A DNA stretch of 61,612 nucleotides, taken from the NCBI RefSeq assembly GCF_006345805.1, contig NW_021834180.1:1-61612 (forward strand). The letters are read 5' to 3'. Shown piece after piece: positions 37,914 through 51,985 of the stretch. The position numbers and the translations under genes are program-made. This DNA comes from Octopus sinensis. Taxonomy: Eukaryota. The stretch's first letter is position 1, and every line of letters starts with the position of its first letter. Under the pieces are notes generated by a model that did not search any database, was not told the origin of the DNA, and was given only the letters and a program-made list of their open reading frames with translations.

Positions 37914-37956
37914 TCATTTCTGATGAAACTACAGTAGTTGAAAGCGCTAAATATGA
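37914..37956 (+). ncRNA. Minimal type I hammerhead ribozyme, intact core
   Basis: ucauuu-CUGAUGA-AACUA-cag-UAGUU-GAAA-GCG-CUA-aa(u)auga. Palindromic stem III AGCGCU; predicted cleavage after 37949. Confidence 0.75.
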
Positions 37957-39283
37957 AGAAATAATATGTGATATGTAAATAAATATATATTTTTACAACC
38001 ATCCAGCATTTCTGAACACCTTTTTCTTTCATATATATACATATTGTATATATGACATATCTATCTCTATATAAAACGTTCAAATGTGCGTATATGTATT
38101 CGTGGGGTATGTACATATATATATATATATATATAGAGAGAGAGGGGGGGGATTATGCACATCACTGTATGTATGTGTGTGTGTGTGTATGTTTGTGTGC
38201 GTATATGTGTGCGTATATGTGTTTAGTACATAACACTCTCGAGCTTCCTCCCTTTAAAACATTCTCTATTATCTCATCTGCTTCTTCTTTCCCTCCGCTC
38301 TCCTCTCACTCCACATCACCAACATATCTTAGTCCTCGTTCTCCTCCACCTCCTTATCATCATCATCACCACCATCATAATTCATGGCAGTGGTCGCCAT
38401 AACAGAGGCTGTTATTCTCAATCTATCTTTTTCGGTTTTTTTCCGCCTCATTCTCCAGACAAATATTTCTAGAATGTGGATATATAATCCTGCTGTTACA
38501 TATTACTGCATGGATGGATATTGCGTGTGAAATACAATAAATACACAACGTTTATTTATTTCTGCATAGTTCTTTTAATGTCACCTTCGCGATTAAATAA
38601 TAACTTCTGCTCTCAATCGTTGTTCGCCGCAGTATTGTTGAAGCGGCATCGTTTGCATTCTATATTTGTAGAAGAAAGATAGAGAGAGCAGTAAGGTTGA
38701 TCTTGGCTTCTGCACTCAATCGCAGTACTGTATTGTGAAGCGGTATCTTGAAAAAAATTCTATGTATGTAGATGAAAGATGGACGCCCGTAAATGGAGTT
38801 GATCTTTGTCCCAAATTTAGTCACCTGATTTACGTTACATTCCTTCCCATTTCCTCCTTTAGCTTGTGCACCTTCAGCACTATTAACATTCATCTTAGTT
38901 TCGTGTCAGTTTATGAAGATACAATTTGACGGTGTCTAACTATTTAACTCCAGCCTCAAACCTTTCGTATCTTGATTGAGTTAACGGTGACCCCTGTTTA
39001 GGTCTATGTGCTCATTCGAATCGCGAGAAATAGCTGCTGAATCTATCTCGAATGATACACTGTTGTCTTTAAAAAGAGAACAGATTGGATAAGATATTCT
39101 TTGATATTGTTCGATTAAAAGACATGGTTGTTATTCCTGACTGGAAAAACCATTGATCAAAGACTATCCACTGATCTGGAACTAAATAACAATAATAAAT
39201 ACAGCGGAAGATATAACTGGTGATATAAATACAAATATCAGCAATATGGCGGCAGGAAAATAAATACCTGGTGGAAAATATCA

Positions 39284-39790
39284 AATACGAGGGTGTGGCT
39301 CAAGTACTTAACTGTCCGGTTGCCTGGATAGCTTTAAAAAATGATTCGGAGATCTCAGGAAGTTTCTAGATATTCAAAGGAAGTGTCCCGGAGATCCATG
39401 GAGGGTTCGGAGATTCAAAGAAGGTCTGGAGGTCTAAGGAGAGGCTCAGAGATCCAAAAATAAGCTTGGAGATTCAAGGTGTGGCCTGGTGACACAAGAA
39501 TGGTTCGTGAATTTCTGATGGAGGGAGAAGTGGAACCCATCATTTTTTCATGTGGTGACCCGAAAGCAATCTCGTTCTGCTTTCCACAATTTCTCTTGAT
39601 CGGAGGCTGTGGGGGAGGGAGAACACGTTGGTATTGCAGAGAGTTGAAAAACTGATCGACTGAGATTATCAATGTCATTAGTAAATAAAAACTCCTTATG
39701 CTAATGAGATGTGCAAAATATCCGTTTAAGGGGAGAAGAAAACAAAGAGTTTTTCGCCACCCCAACAGATCTTTGACCTTAAAAAAAAGC
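39284..39790 (+). pseudogene. Highly decayed mariner-like transposon remnant
   Basis: Starts tacgagggt (mariner-type TIR start). Weak translated matches DPK..W.H..GS, GEVEPIIF, WYCRELK, RHPNRSLTL. Confidence 0.4.
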
Positions 39791-42700
39791 GGTGGGGTAG
39801 TAACTCGAATGCGAGCAGTTGATCTGCAGTTATTGAACAATATCGACAATGAAGATTAGAGCTGGTCAGGTTTTAGAACCACCAACGGCGGTGGGATATG
39901 AACTCAGAACCTAAAGAGCTGGAACAAATACTGAAAAACAATACCCACTCCCCATGTTATAACGATTCTTCCAGTGCATTGTCTGACGTTTGACTGAAAT
40001 AAATTCTCTCAGATAAAAGAAAATTATTTACATTTATAAACTTTGAGTCCGGGTTTCGATTTTAGGCAGACTTCGGTTTGTTCTTCTTTATTTTTTTTTT
40101 ACACTGAATAGGATATATGCTTGTGTGAAGGGATAGTCGAAAACAAAATCGACTATAGTGCTTATTCTTCTTAAGTCTGACACTTATTCTGACGCTCTCT
40201 TTTTGCCGAATCGCAAAGTTACAACGAGGATGTAAACAAACAGTTGGAGAGACAAACACAAACATGTATATCCGATAGGGGTCCACGCAGTTTCTGTCTA
40301 CCAAATTCAGTCAGAAGGCTTTGGTCGGCTCTGGGGGCTATTGCAGAAGACGAGGTGCTGCTACACTGGAACCATTTGGTCTCCAAGTGACCTTCTTAAG
40401 CATACAATCATGTCCAAGATCGCAAATGCTTTCTTCAACCGCCTCCAACACAACCACAAACAGTACCCTCATTACTACCACTAATATAAAATTCAAAACT
40501 GAAAATAAAATAAAATAAAATAAATTAAAATAAGAATGAGACTTATTCTTCTCCTTGGATGTTGAGATTTTGCTTAAAAACCGAAAACAGAAAATAGTGA
40601 ATGTTTTAATGAATGCAACGGTATCTCATACTTTCTCGAAGTTTCTATCTACATTTCGTAATGTACAACGGCAATCGATATATTTTCCCACTTTATTATT
40701 ATTATTATTATTTTATTATTAAGATAGTAGGGTTTGATGTGACATGAGGAGGATTTAGTTGCTATTTCTAGGAAATCGAAACGACAGCATAGAAACGTCG
40801 CTCGTTGACAGCTTGATCTCGAAAGAAGTTTGACATCTTAGAAATTGCTAATCCGGGTTTATCAAACAACTAGGTACCAATGGGTCTTTTGACCCATTGA
40901 CGTTTCACTTTAATCGATCGCAGATAACGTTGAGACAGCAACAAGTCTTGATCATTGCTTGAAAATTTTTTGCCGAATTTATGCGCATGAGTAGTTGGTT
41001 GTGTGGCTTTGCGACCATGTGGTTTCGGGTTCAGTCCCGCTGCACGGCATCTTGGCCAAATATCTTCTAATATAGCCCCGGGCCAGCCAACTCCTTGTTA
41101 GTGAATTTGGTAGCCGGAAACTCTAAGAAGCCCGTCGTATGTATGTGTGTGTGCGTGTGTTTGTCACTCCCCACATTGCTTAACAATTGGGGTTCATTTA
41201 TTCGACCGAAACCTTCAAGGCAGTGCTCCAGTATGACAACGGTCCAATGAGTGAAACAAGTAAAAAGTGAAATATAAACACACCCAGGAGAGGTATGAAC
41301 ACTCCACATCCTCCATTTTCTTGTTCCTGCTAAATACAGACGATCGTCCTTTCTCTTGTCACAACCATATCAAAATTCTTCTCCATCTCATCCAAACATG
41401 ATTAAAATTATCGGTTGGTTACATTGAATGAATTCACCTGCGACAGAGTAAATCCTTCTTTTCGTTTTTTTTCTTTTAACTCTTTGCCAATTCAAATCAT
41501 TTTCATAAGTTTCTCTTACACGTTCATGCTGCGTTTTCAGACTTTAGGCTTCTTGTTACATCTTGTTTCATACGTTTTGAGTAACGTAAAGCTTCCTTAC
41601 TCGTTTTAGTCATTAGACTGCGACCATGCTGGGACACCACTTTGAAGAATTTTAACGAATCGACCCCCAATACTCAGTTTTTTTTAAAAGCCTGGTACTT
41701 AGTCTGTCCTATGTTTTGTGGAACCGCTAAATTACGAGAGCATAAACATAGCAGCACCGGTATCAAGCGCTATGGGTGGGAGGGCAAACACACACATATA
41801 CGATGGACTTCATCAGTTCCCGTCTGCCAAATCTACTCAAGTCTTTGGTCAGACACTTCTTCAAGGTGCCGCGCAGTGGGACTGAACTCGGAACCACGTG
41901 ATCGGGAAGCAAACTTCTTACCGCACAGCCCTGTCTGCACCTGTTGGCTGAAGATGAAACTAGGAATGTGCATCTTATATGGTTCCTGGACAACAGATAA
42001 TGTCCTGTTTACCATCACATGTGATACATAAAACAGACAAACGGGTTAACTGTCTTTGATAAAGACAGAAAGTTCAGTCAGAGATTCATTAACAGGGCAG
42101 ACAACAGGTTGCATTGCACTGAAGTTGTGCTTCACGTTACCTACATACAGCAAGGTGAAGTAAGTAAGCAATGGTTAAAGAAACGCAGGCGTATCTGAGT
42201 ATTTTTAAACGCAGTACGTTCATAAGAGAGATATAGCATCTCTGGGCGAAAACGTCGGTTTAGTTTGCGCTTTCGTGATGTAATTTGCTTCAACTATGAT
42301 ACACAGATGGCTTTGTAAGTATTCAAGAGATGGGACAACAAGAGGGACGTCTAAGTGGGATAACAGATGACTTACCCGTCTATACAAGCAAACGTAGACA
42401 CATGAATGATAGCCTTCGAATATATAGGGGCTAACATGAACTAACATACATGTAGGTACACAGGGTATATACGGGGTAACATACCTATAGGTAAACAAGG
42501 TATATATACGGGTTAATATGGGCTAAAATACATAAGCATATAGAATATATTATATGGGTTAACATACATAAGCATATAGGGTATGTGGTAAGCAACATAT
42601 ATGGGACAACAGAGGGTTCTCTTCAGATAGTTGGAGCACATTATACTATTATCACTGTTATCCCAAGCACCATAGAAATTGTATGTAGGCTAACAAGGCT

Positions 42701-43150
42701 AACAAAAGTTAAAATCTCAGTCATATTGCATCAAAAGTGTAGTAGCGTATGGGATAATATGGGCAATGTAAATGAAATATTTATAAATGGGTTAACAGGA
42801 TCTAAACATAGGAATATAGGGTATACAATAATGTAATGGTAGGTGTTTTAGAGAGGGATGTATCCAATGCGATATAAAGGGTTAAGTGTTCTACGTATGT
42901 TAGATAAAAGACCTCTAAAACCTTTATATACGAATGTGGCCATGCGAACCCTATAGTCCTATTACTAGAGAACATATGGACAATATATTTGGGGAGTGTG
43001 TATGTATGTATGCATATATATATATATATGTATATACATATATATATACACACAAGCATATTTATATCTTCCAGGTGGTATTATTGAATTAGACATGGCC
43101 TGGGATAACTTCCGCTGAAACTTTCTAATCTATATATATATATATATAAA

Positions 43151-43183
<33 letters not shown>

Positions 43184-43614
43184 TAAATATGTATATATTA
43201 TGTATATACATATTATATATATACATATGCAGCTGTCTATCCATATTGTCTCACTCACTCATTCTCTCTCTCTATATATACACATAATGTGTGTATATAT
43301 ATATATATATATACACAAATCTAACTACATTATTAGAGATCTCTATATATGTATATTTATACACACAAAAACATATATATATATACAAATATATTATACG
43401 TACACACACACACATATTCACTCCCCAAAGGGTATAATAAGGCAGGTTCATAATGAAGGGAATTAGTAGCTGACACATGGATATGTTCACCTTGGTTACT
43501 AAGCAATTATCAGTCCAAGTCTACAGATTAATACTTAAGCTAATAGGACGTCAATAAGCAGGAAATGTAACCAAGGAAACAAGAGGTGGACTGCATTAAA
43601 AATAGCCTACAACA

Positions 43615-43740
43615 CACACAGACAAGACTATTCACACACACAAAAACATTGAGACAAGACTACTCACACACACATAGATTGAGACAAGACTACTCACACA
43701 CACATAGATTGAGACAAGACTACTCACACACACATTGACA
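43615..43740. repeat. 30-bp minisatellite, ~4 copies
   Basis: gagacaagactactcacacacacatagatt at 43651, 43681 and 43711, plus a partial copy before. Confidence 0.9.
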
Positions 43741-44658
43741 CAGGATTTATCTAAGACTTGAGTGTGAGGCAGCAGTCGGCCTTTGCTCCGAAGTTCAATA
43801 CTGCATGTGTGTGTGTGTCTATCTTGTATCTTTAACTTGTTTCACTTATTGAGTGCTAACATGCTGGGGGGGGGGGGTTCCAACCGCCTTGAATTTTTTA
43901 ATCGAATGAATCGACCCCCCAGTTGTCCAGTTTTTACAACCTGGTACTTATTCTACGGGTTAACGTCTGCCGAACCGCTAAGTCGCAGGGACGTAAACAT
44001 GCCGGAACCGGTTGCCAAGCGGTGGTGTGATGTAAACACACATACACACACACATATATATAATTTTTATATACTTATATAGTTATATGTAGGTGTGTAT
44101 ATCTATTTATCTACGCACACACCTACAATGTATGCATACGCATGCGTGAGCATAATTAATTAGATTTTTTTATACCATTCTGAAAAGTACATATTTTTGA
44201 AATTAAAATTTTGAACAGATACATTTTCGAGGGTGTTAATTACGACGATATTGATTATTAAAAAAATATATTTCCGATAATTTTCTTCCCCCCCCTCCTT
44301 CTCCACTTTATTTCTTCATAATTGTCTTGGAAATGCTTATTTTAAAATATTTTGCATAAATAATTTTCTGAGTGTGTGATGTTGATATCCCAGATGAAAA
44401 AATCTGGAAACATTCTCAAAAGTGTAAACTGCCAAATTCATGGTTATTGGTAGTAGATAAAAAAAAAAAAAAGATACTGGGACTAGGGAGGGGAAGAAGG
44501 ATTCGAAACCCTTTACAAAAAAAAAATTTTTCTGTTCTGAACACAGTTGTAATTTATACCCTTGAAAACATATCCCTGCAAAATATTTCTTAAAAATATG
44601 CAAATTTCATAAAGTTATGAGCAAACAAAATCGGTAGGTACCAAAATAGATATGTGCG

Positions 44659-44701
<43 letters not shown>

Positions 44702-44704
44702 CAC

Positions 44705-45050
44705 ACGCAGACTTGGCTATGTGGTTAAGAAATTCGCATTGCAACCATGCAGTTTCGGGTTCAGTCCCACTGTGCGGTACCTTGGACTCTATTGCCCAGG
44801 GCTGACCCCAATGGCATTAGTGGTGTAGAAATATGTGTATGTCCTCGTGTTTATCCCATCTTACCGCTTGAGAGCCAGCGTTGGTTTGTTTACGCCCCTG
44901 TCACTTAGCAGTTTGGCAAAAGATACCGATAGAATAGCTACCAAATAAAAAAAAAAAAAAACCAACTAAGAACTAGGGACGTTCTAACTAAAACTATTAT
45001 TCCCCAGCATGAACGCAGTCTGATGACTGAAACGAGTAAAAGAGAAAAGA
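44705..45050 (+). mobile_element. SINE family A, diverged
   Basis: gggttcagtcccactgtgcggtaccttgg head; gatgactgaaacgagtaaaag tail. Confidence 0.8.
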
Positions 45051-45779
45051 CGTATATATATAATGTATACATACATACACGCACGTGTAGTTACCCATGT
45101 ATATGCGTGAGTGTGTGTTCGTGAGATAATCTCATGTTCAGAATGGAACATACTAATATATTGCAAGCTAGGCAATATAGGGGGTGTTAGGTTGTTAGTT
45201 TCTAACCATTATACTGACATAGGGGATGACAAGTCGTTTATCGAAGTGATATTTTTTTTTATAAAAAGACAGATATTATTTAACATTTTCTATTTATTTT
45301 TAACCTTTTCAAGAAATTTGATATCTTTTTTTTTTGTGGGTGGGGCCATTTCTCCCTTACTCAGTAAGTAATAAATAAATCTTTTGAAATTTCCATGCTG
45401 TGATCCTTGTCTTTTCACATTAGTATTAATGGGAAGATAAAATGGCTTCAACGGAGAAAAAATTTGACGACTTCTAACTCTTATCTCTCTTCAAACAGTG
45501 ATATTGCTAAAATAAAATATTTCAATTGGGAGGAATTGATTGCACATAGGATTAGGTAATGAGGAATATTTCGTGAGAATTTACTCCAAAATACATCACT
45601 AAACAGCCTATCTTTGAAAGCAGCTGCAGAATGGAGGAGGCCAATATTAAATTAATCTATATTTTAGAAATGTAACATAGATGAGAAATTGGCAAAACTA
45701 CTCCAAGATTTGTTTTAACAATTAAAGAAATAAAATATTTCATATTTTAAAAAAATTTTGAAAAATGAAAAAATGTATA

Positions 45780-45984
45780 TATAGAATATATGTATGTTAT
45801 ATATAATACATATATGCGTATATAATCTAGACATATCATATATATCTAGTATATATATATATATATAAAGCATACATATATGTATATATATGTATACATA
45901 TACATACAATGTGTATATATATATGTATATATATAAATATATATGTAAATGTATATATATATGTAAATGTGTATATATGTATAA

Positions 45985-46019
<35 letters not shown>

Positions 46020-46084
46020 ATATATAAAGCATACATATATGTATATATATGTATACATATACATACAATGTGTATATATATATG

Positions 46085-46119
<35 letters not shown>

Positions 46120-46151
46120 GTATATATATGTATATATATGTATATATATAT

Positions 46152-46209
<58 letters not shown>

Positions 46210-46290
46210 AATATACACAATGTAATTATATCTACATATACATATGATGTATATATGAAATATATATATATTATATATATGGAATATTTT
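45780..46290. repeat. Long degenerate (TA)n tract
   Basis: Direct inspection; comparable tracts at 27580-28150, 33790-34460, 37600-37860 and 55390-55742. Confidence 0.95.
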
Positions 46291-48516
46291 TAGAGACGAA
46301 ACAGTTGAAATTAAGAAAAAGAAAATTAATATGTAATGAGAAAAAAAGTATATATATTTAATAAAATGCAAAATTTACCACCATTTCATCACCTACGTTG
46401 TATGAACAGATAACAGGGTAGAAAATAATAATAATAATAATGATGATAATAATAATAATGGTAATGATGATAATATTCCGTTTGTTGTAGCGTATTTGTA
46501 AGCACCAAATTGTTGGAGTGGTAGTTGTCAAAAGATATTTTTTTTTTGCTCCTTGGAATAGAAAACGTGGCGGTACTAAATATATGTATGGTCCATGATA
46601 TCTCACCAGAGTCGTTTCGTTCTCATTATAGTCAATACATCATATCCGACATTTGTAAGAGATTTTAGTTAGAATCGACCGTGAAGGGGGGAAGAGGAGG
46701 AGGGTTGGGTGTATGGGAGAGGCAGGCGCCATGTTGGAAAATTTTGTGAAAAACAACTTCCAACAAAATAATCTGGAACGGGGACTCGGGTGATAATAAA
46801 AATCTATTATTATTTTATACAGAAGAGAAAAACAAAAAATAATTTAATCCAACGACATCAGTGATATATAAATATATTTCAAATTCTTTCTTTTTTTAAT
46901 AAATTCCATTTTTTGTAGGTTTGAACAAAAGAGTATGCTTTTATATATATATACATATATATATATATAAAATATATATACATATATATATATACAAAAT
47001 ATTTTTTTATGTTTTGGGCTTTTTTCTTTTTGTGATTTTGCGACTGAAATCCGAATTTTCGTTAGCAATTTTGACCCGAACAGTCAGTGGTAACAACAGC
47101 AATTTGTCATCATTTTAAAAGTGTAGCTGAATAGCTTATGGAAGTACATAAAAGAAACAAAGAGAGAAGCAAGACAGAAAGAGAGAGAGAGCGAGAAAGA
47201 AGGGGGGGAGAGAGAAAGAGAGAAGGGGGGTAATATACGAGATACGTTTTCACCGAGATTGGTTATCCAGTAGAAAATAAAGCCAAGTGTGCCCACTTAA
47301 TTTCTCCCAGGCATTCCATATTTTCTTTGTGTGTGTGTTCCCTTTCCCGGAATCGTTATCATATATTAAATATAGAATTTAAAACCAAACCAAGGCTGTT
47401 ACAAATTTTACATTATTCATACACACACATATACACGTATATATCCGTTGCAAACGCACAAATACTTAACACACCTTCATTATTTTGTAATATCTAATTT
47501 TTTTTCTCATTCTTTCTTTCCGACTTTCTTGGGAACACACACACATACAGACACACACACACACTCACTCACACATTGTTATTTCGTCTGTCGACTATTA
47601 TTATCTGGTTTCGTTTAGGTTGTTTTAGACAAAGCTGCGAGTAGTAGAAAATGTGTTTTAGGCGGTAGGCAACCGGTTCGTTCTCACTTAGCAGGATTTT
47701 TACTGAAAGGCAAGCAAGATGGCTGCTGCGCAGCAGATTGTTGAAGGTTGCCAACGAGAATATCAAGTAGACGGAGTAGATTTACATACATATGATATTG
47801 GTGGTGATGGTGGAGAGTGATAAAGGAAGCAGGATATAATACATAAATAAAGCTAAGTGAAGACGGGTGAGATAGCTAACAACTTAAGTGGTACACTGTT
47901 TCGTTATAATGGAGTAACTACTATAGACGGAACAGAGAAAGGGAAGGAGAAGGAGAGAAGAATAAAGAAGATAAAAGAGAGAGAGAGATAGCAGAAGTTA
48001 GGAGTGTAAGTTAGTAGTGTGTTGTTTATGGTGCCGACTCATTGCCCAAGTTGGTAAAACCGAGCAGGGCAGAGAGTGTAAGAGGAGGAAGAGGAGGAGA
48101 AGAAGTGGAGAGGGCTGGAAAGTAAAAACAAAAAGCGTGAGAACGAAAGTGTTGGCGTTGAATAAATAGAGAGAAAGAGTGAACACAGAGAGAGAGAGAG
48201 AGAGAGGAGGAGTGGAGTTAAGTGTGTTTGTTAGAGAAAAGAAATAAAAAAGAATATTAAAATAAAATCGAAAAGAAAAGCAAACAAAAAGGAATGTGAA
48301 TAGTTAATGAGGGAGGAAGATGTAGGAGAGAGGAAAATAAAAAACACGAGAAAAAAGGCGCCAGCATAAATAAATGAAATAACTGTATCGGAGGGAGGAA
48401 AAGAAGTAGATGGAAGCGAAAGGGCAAATGGGACGAGTGTGTGAGGCGTTGGCACCCAGGTGTATTCTTGAGTATACATACATATAATTATTCATATATA
48501 TGTGTGTGTGTTTGCG

Positions 48517-48553
<37 letters not shown>

Positions 48554-49068
48554 GTATATTGTGAGTGTGTGTAGTACACCGCTTCACACCACGACACCCA
48601 GGTGTTCACCTCGGCAAGTCAAGTCACGTAACTGAAACATGAATCATTGTTCAGTAAACAACACCACCGCAACCATCACCACCACCGCCGACAACAACGA
48701 CAGCAACATTAAAAACAACACCCACAACTGCAATACGACCGTCAATGTAATTTTCCACCACTAAATCTATACCGCCAATACTACTACCGACCAACGTTAA
48801 AACACCACTAGGGAACAATACTGCCTCAAACACTAGCACCCAAGCTACAATCAACACTGCCACCAACACTACGACCGAAACTACTAATAGTACTTACGCC
48901 AGCACTACTACCAATGCTTCTGTCAGTACTACCTCCAGTTCTATCACCAGTACTACTAACGCCACTGTTACCTACACTGTCATCAACACTACTATAGGCA
49001 CTACCACCTATGCTGTTACCAATACACTACCACCTACACTTCTACTCGTACTAGTTTCAATATTACAA

Positions 49069-49470
49069 CCGGCGGAAACGTTAGCACGCCGGGCGAAATG
49101 CTTAGTGGTATTTCGTCTGTCGTTACGTTCTGGGTTCAAATTCCGGCGAGGTCGACTTTGCCTTTCATCCCTTCGGGGTCGATAAATTAAGTACCAGTTA
49201 CGCACTGGGGTCGATGTAATTGACTAAATCCGTGTGTCTGTCCTTGTTTGTCCCCCTCTATGTTTAGCCCCCTGTGGGCAATAAAGAAATAAGAATCGTT
49301 AGCCCGTCGGGGGAAATGGCTAGCGGCATTTTGTCGGTCTTAACGTTCTGAGTTCAATTTCCGCCGAGGTCGACATTGCTTTTCATCTGTTCGGGGTCGA
49401 TAAAATTAGTACCACTTAAGCACTTAGATCTATGTAACCGTTTTATTCCCATCCCCCGAAATTGTTGGCT
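49069..49470 (+). mobile_element. Two tandem family B SINEs (junction ~49293)
   Basis: Two successive gttcaaattcc/gtcgac...ggggtcgataaa modules. Confidence 0.85.
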
Positions 49471-49483
49471 TTGTGCAAAACTT

Positions 49484-49866
49484 TACTCTTTCACTTGTTC
49501 CAGTCATTTGACTGTGGCCATGCTGGAGCATCGCCTTTAGTCGAGCAAATCGACCCCAGGACTTATTCTTTGTAAGCCTAGTACTTATTCTATCAGTCTC
49601 TTTTGCCGAACCGCTAAGTTACGGGGACATAAACACACCAGCATCGGTTGTCAAGCGATGTTGGGGGGACGAACACACAAACATATACACACACACAGAT
49701 ATATATACGACGGGCTTCTTTCAGTTTCCGTCTACCAAATCCACTCACAAACCTTTGGTCGGCCCGAAGCTATAGTAGAAGACACTAAAGGTGCCACGCA
49801 GTGGGACTGAACCCTGAACCATGTGGTTCGTAAGCAAGCTACTTAGCACACAGCCACTCCTACGCC
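49484..49866 (-). mobile_element. SINE family A, full length
   Basis: Complete head ggcgtaggagtggctgtgtgc and tail. Confidence 0.92.
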
Positions 49867-51510
49867 TACTTTGAAAACAATATTACAACTAACACTACCA
49901 AAATTCAGTATTTTGAAGTTGTTCCATCAATTAAACGTCTTATACGGCAGTTGTAATCTCACTCCTTCCTCGTTTTTAAAATTCCATCAATTTCGTTACT
50001 TTTCTTTTTGTATTTCCTTCTTGGCTTTTTAGCAACCGTCAGTACCACCATTATCACAACCACTACCACGATACCACTACAATCTTATTACCACCATCAC
50101 TAATAACAACCCTATCGCAGTCATCAGCCCCACCAGCAATGCACCTACTATCACAAAACTATACCTTACTCAAATACAAATGAAATTCAATATTTTGGCC
50201 ACCATGTGCAAGAGTCGATGTATATGTACGTTTTATATATGAACGAAAGTTTCGATTTTGCTCAGAATATTCGCTGAAGTTCATCTCTGAGGAGACTAAA
50301 TCACGACGAAACGCTGATGTCTGACGATCTGCTGACATCATTCTGAGCGAGCACTACAGTATTAGCACTCATATTTCTTCAGAGAAGTTTCGCTGAAACA
50401 AAATACCATAGCTAGCATTGTCCTACATTTGTATATATATCATAGATGCTACACATATCTTTATTTTAAAGTAATGCAGGTTTAAGTAAACGCAATCACA
50501 CATATATACATACTTAGCTTAGAATCTGTAACAAAATTTAACGATAAACTGCTGCAGTTCAGAATCCAATTACATTTCGTCCATCCACCACAGGGAATGC
50601 AAATAACCAATATATTGCTTTCAGATTTTGGCACAAGGCCAGCATGTTAGGAGAGGTGAAGGGATAAGTTGAATACATCGACCCGAGTGTTCGATTGGTA
50701 CTTATTTTAGTGACTCGAAAGGATGAAAGGCAAAATCGCCTGCGGCAGGACAAATATACAGAAACGGGCGTAGGGAAGAAATGATGTAAACTGTATCTTG
50801 TGTTTATCATACATTTTTCTACACACACACACACATACATACACACACGCATCTGTGTGGGGATAGCAACAGCAGATTATATGCTTATGTATATAACTAT
50901 CAATAAAATGTTTTTACTTAGTTTTTACTCAGAGGCTAAAACTGATGTTAATCTAAAAAATTTACCAAATATTCGACATCGTCCAAAAATGCTGAAAGTC
51001 ATTCGTTATGAATTCATTTATACTAAACTTGTATGTGCTTACGTGTGTAAATGTGTACGTGTGTGTGAGTGTGTCTACTATATATATATATTTGGTTCGA
51101 CATCCTTATTATAACTCATCCGATTTGGTGCCAGTACAAACTAGTCGATCCTAACTGTAAGGAGATACTCTAACACAGATTTGGAGTAGCTTGTTCTATT
51201 TAGCTCGAATCAAAAATTCTGGCATTGTACAACGCTTCGAAACACAATACGAAATATTTATGAATATACACACATATATATATATTCGAAATATCGAAGA
51301 ACATCTCAACCACTTGCAAAACATTCTCTTCCCCAAACTCAAGAAAAATTCCACTCTAGATTTTTTTGAACCAACTCACATATATGTAAAAGGTATAAAT
51401 TTTCTATAAAATATGTTCACCATGAATTCAAGAAAGGAACGAAAGCGATAAATAAATACTTTTTATCCAAAAATCCTTTTTCTTTATATATATATATATA
51501 TATATATATA

Positions 51511-51801
51511 AATATTCTGTTGTGACTGGGGAGAGTCATTCTCTTTTAGTGCCTTATTATTTAACACACTCACCGGTAAAATTTCCACTTATTTAGTCTT
51601 CAATAGCCTTCAAGACTATTGAAAAGGTTGCAAGACGCAGCGAAAATTTTAGAAAATAAAAATAAGAAATAAGTGGAAATTTTAGTGGTGAGTGTGTTAA
51701 ATAATAGGGCACTAAAAGAGAATGACTCTCCCCAGACACAATAGAATATGCTTCAACACACGAATTCATATAAAGAATCTTGCAAACCAAATCCAAAAAC
51801 G

Positions 51802-51804
<3 letters not shown>
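51511..51804. mobile_element. Island between (TA)n tracts with ~82-bp inverted arms (51512-51594 / 51667-51748)
   Basis: Arms are reverse complements with few mismatches; 72-bp spacer. Confidence 0.8.
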
Positions 51805-51844
<40 letters not shown>

Positions 51845-51947
51845 GGAGTAAACACATAAATGTGAAACAAGGTGGAAAAAAGAGTACTCAAATACCAGTG
51901 GTAGAGTAATATGCTTTATTTAAAGCAGCACAAAATTCTAGCAAAAG

Positions 51948-51985
51948 CTGTCTGATGAACGGCAACGAGAAACTCAGAGTAACAG
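51948..51985 (+). ncRNA. Minimal type I hammerhead ribozyme, intact core, stem I extended into a long rod
   Basis: CUGU-CUGAUGA-A-CG-gcaa-CG-A-GAAA-CUCAGA-GUA-ACAG. GNRA-capped stem II, stem III ACU/AGU; predicted cleavage after 51981. Confidence 0.8.

Noticed and set aside
41949-41966. CTGAAGA-T-GAAA-CTAG
   Set aside because: No stem II and no NUH/stem I; chance match.
42365-42395. Minus-strand tag|acgg|gtaagt micro-exon candidate
   Set aside because: A 4-nt, frame-shifting exon with no supporting gene context.
45019-45042. CTGATGA-CT-GAAA-CGAG-TA
   Set aside because: A mutated family A SINE tail (normally caaatgactgaaacaagta) with no stem II.
47716-47820. aagATGGCTGCT start (MAAAQQIVEG...) as a first coding exon
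   Set aside because: Short ORF, weak splice donors and no recognisable homology; cannot be supported without transcript data.
48650-49065. Thr/Ser-rich mucin-like reading frame
   Set aside because: A degenerate (ACT/ACC)n tract with stops and no start or splice support.
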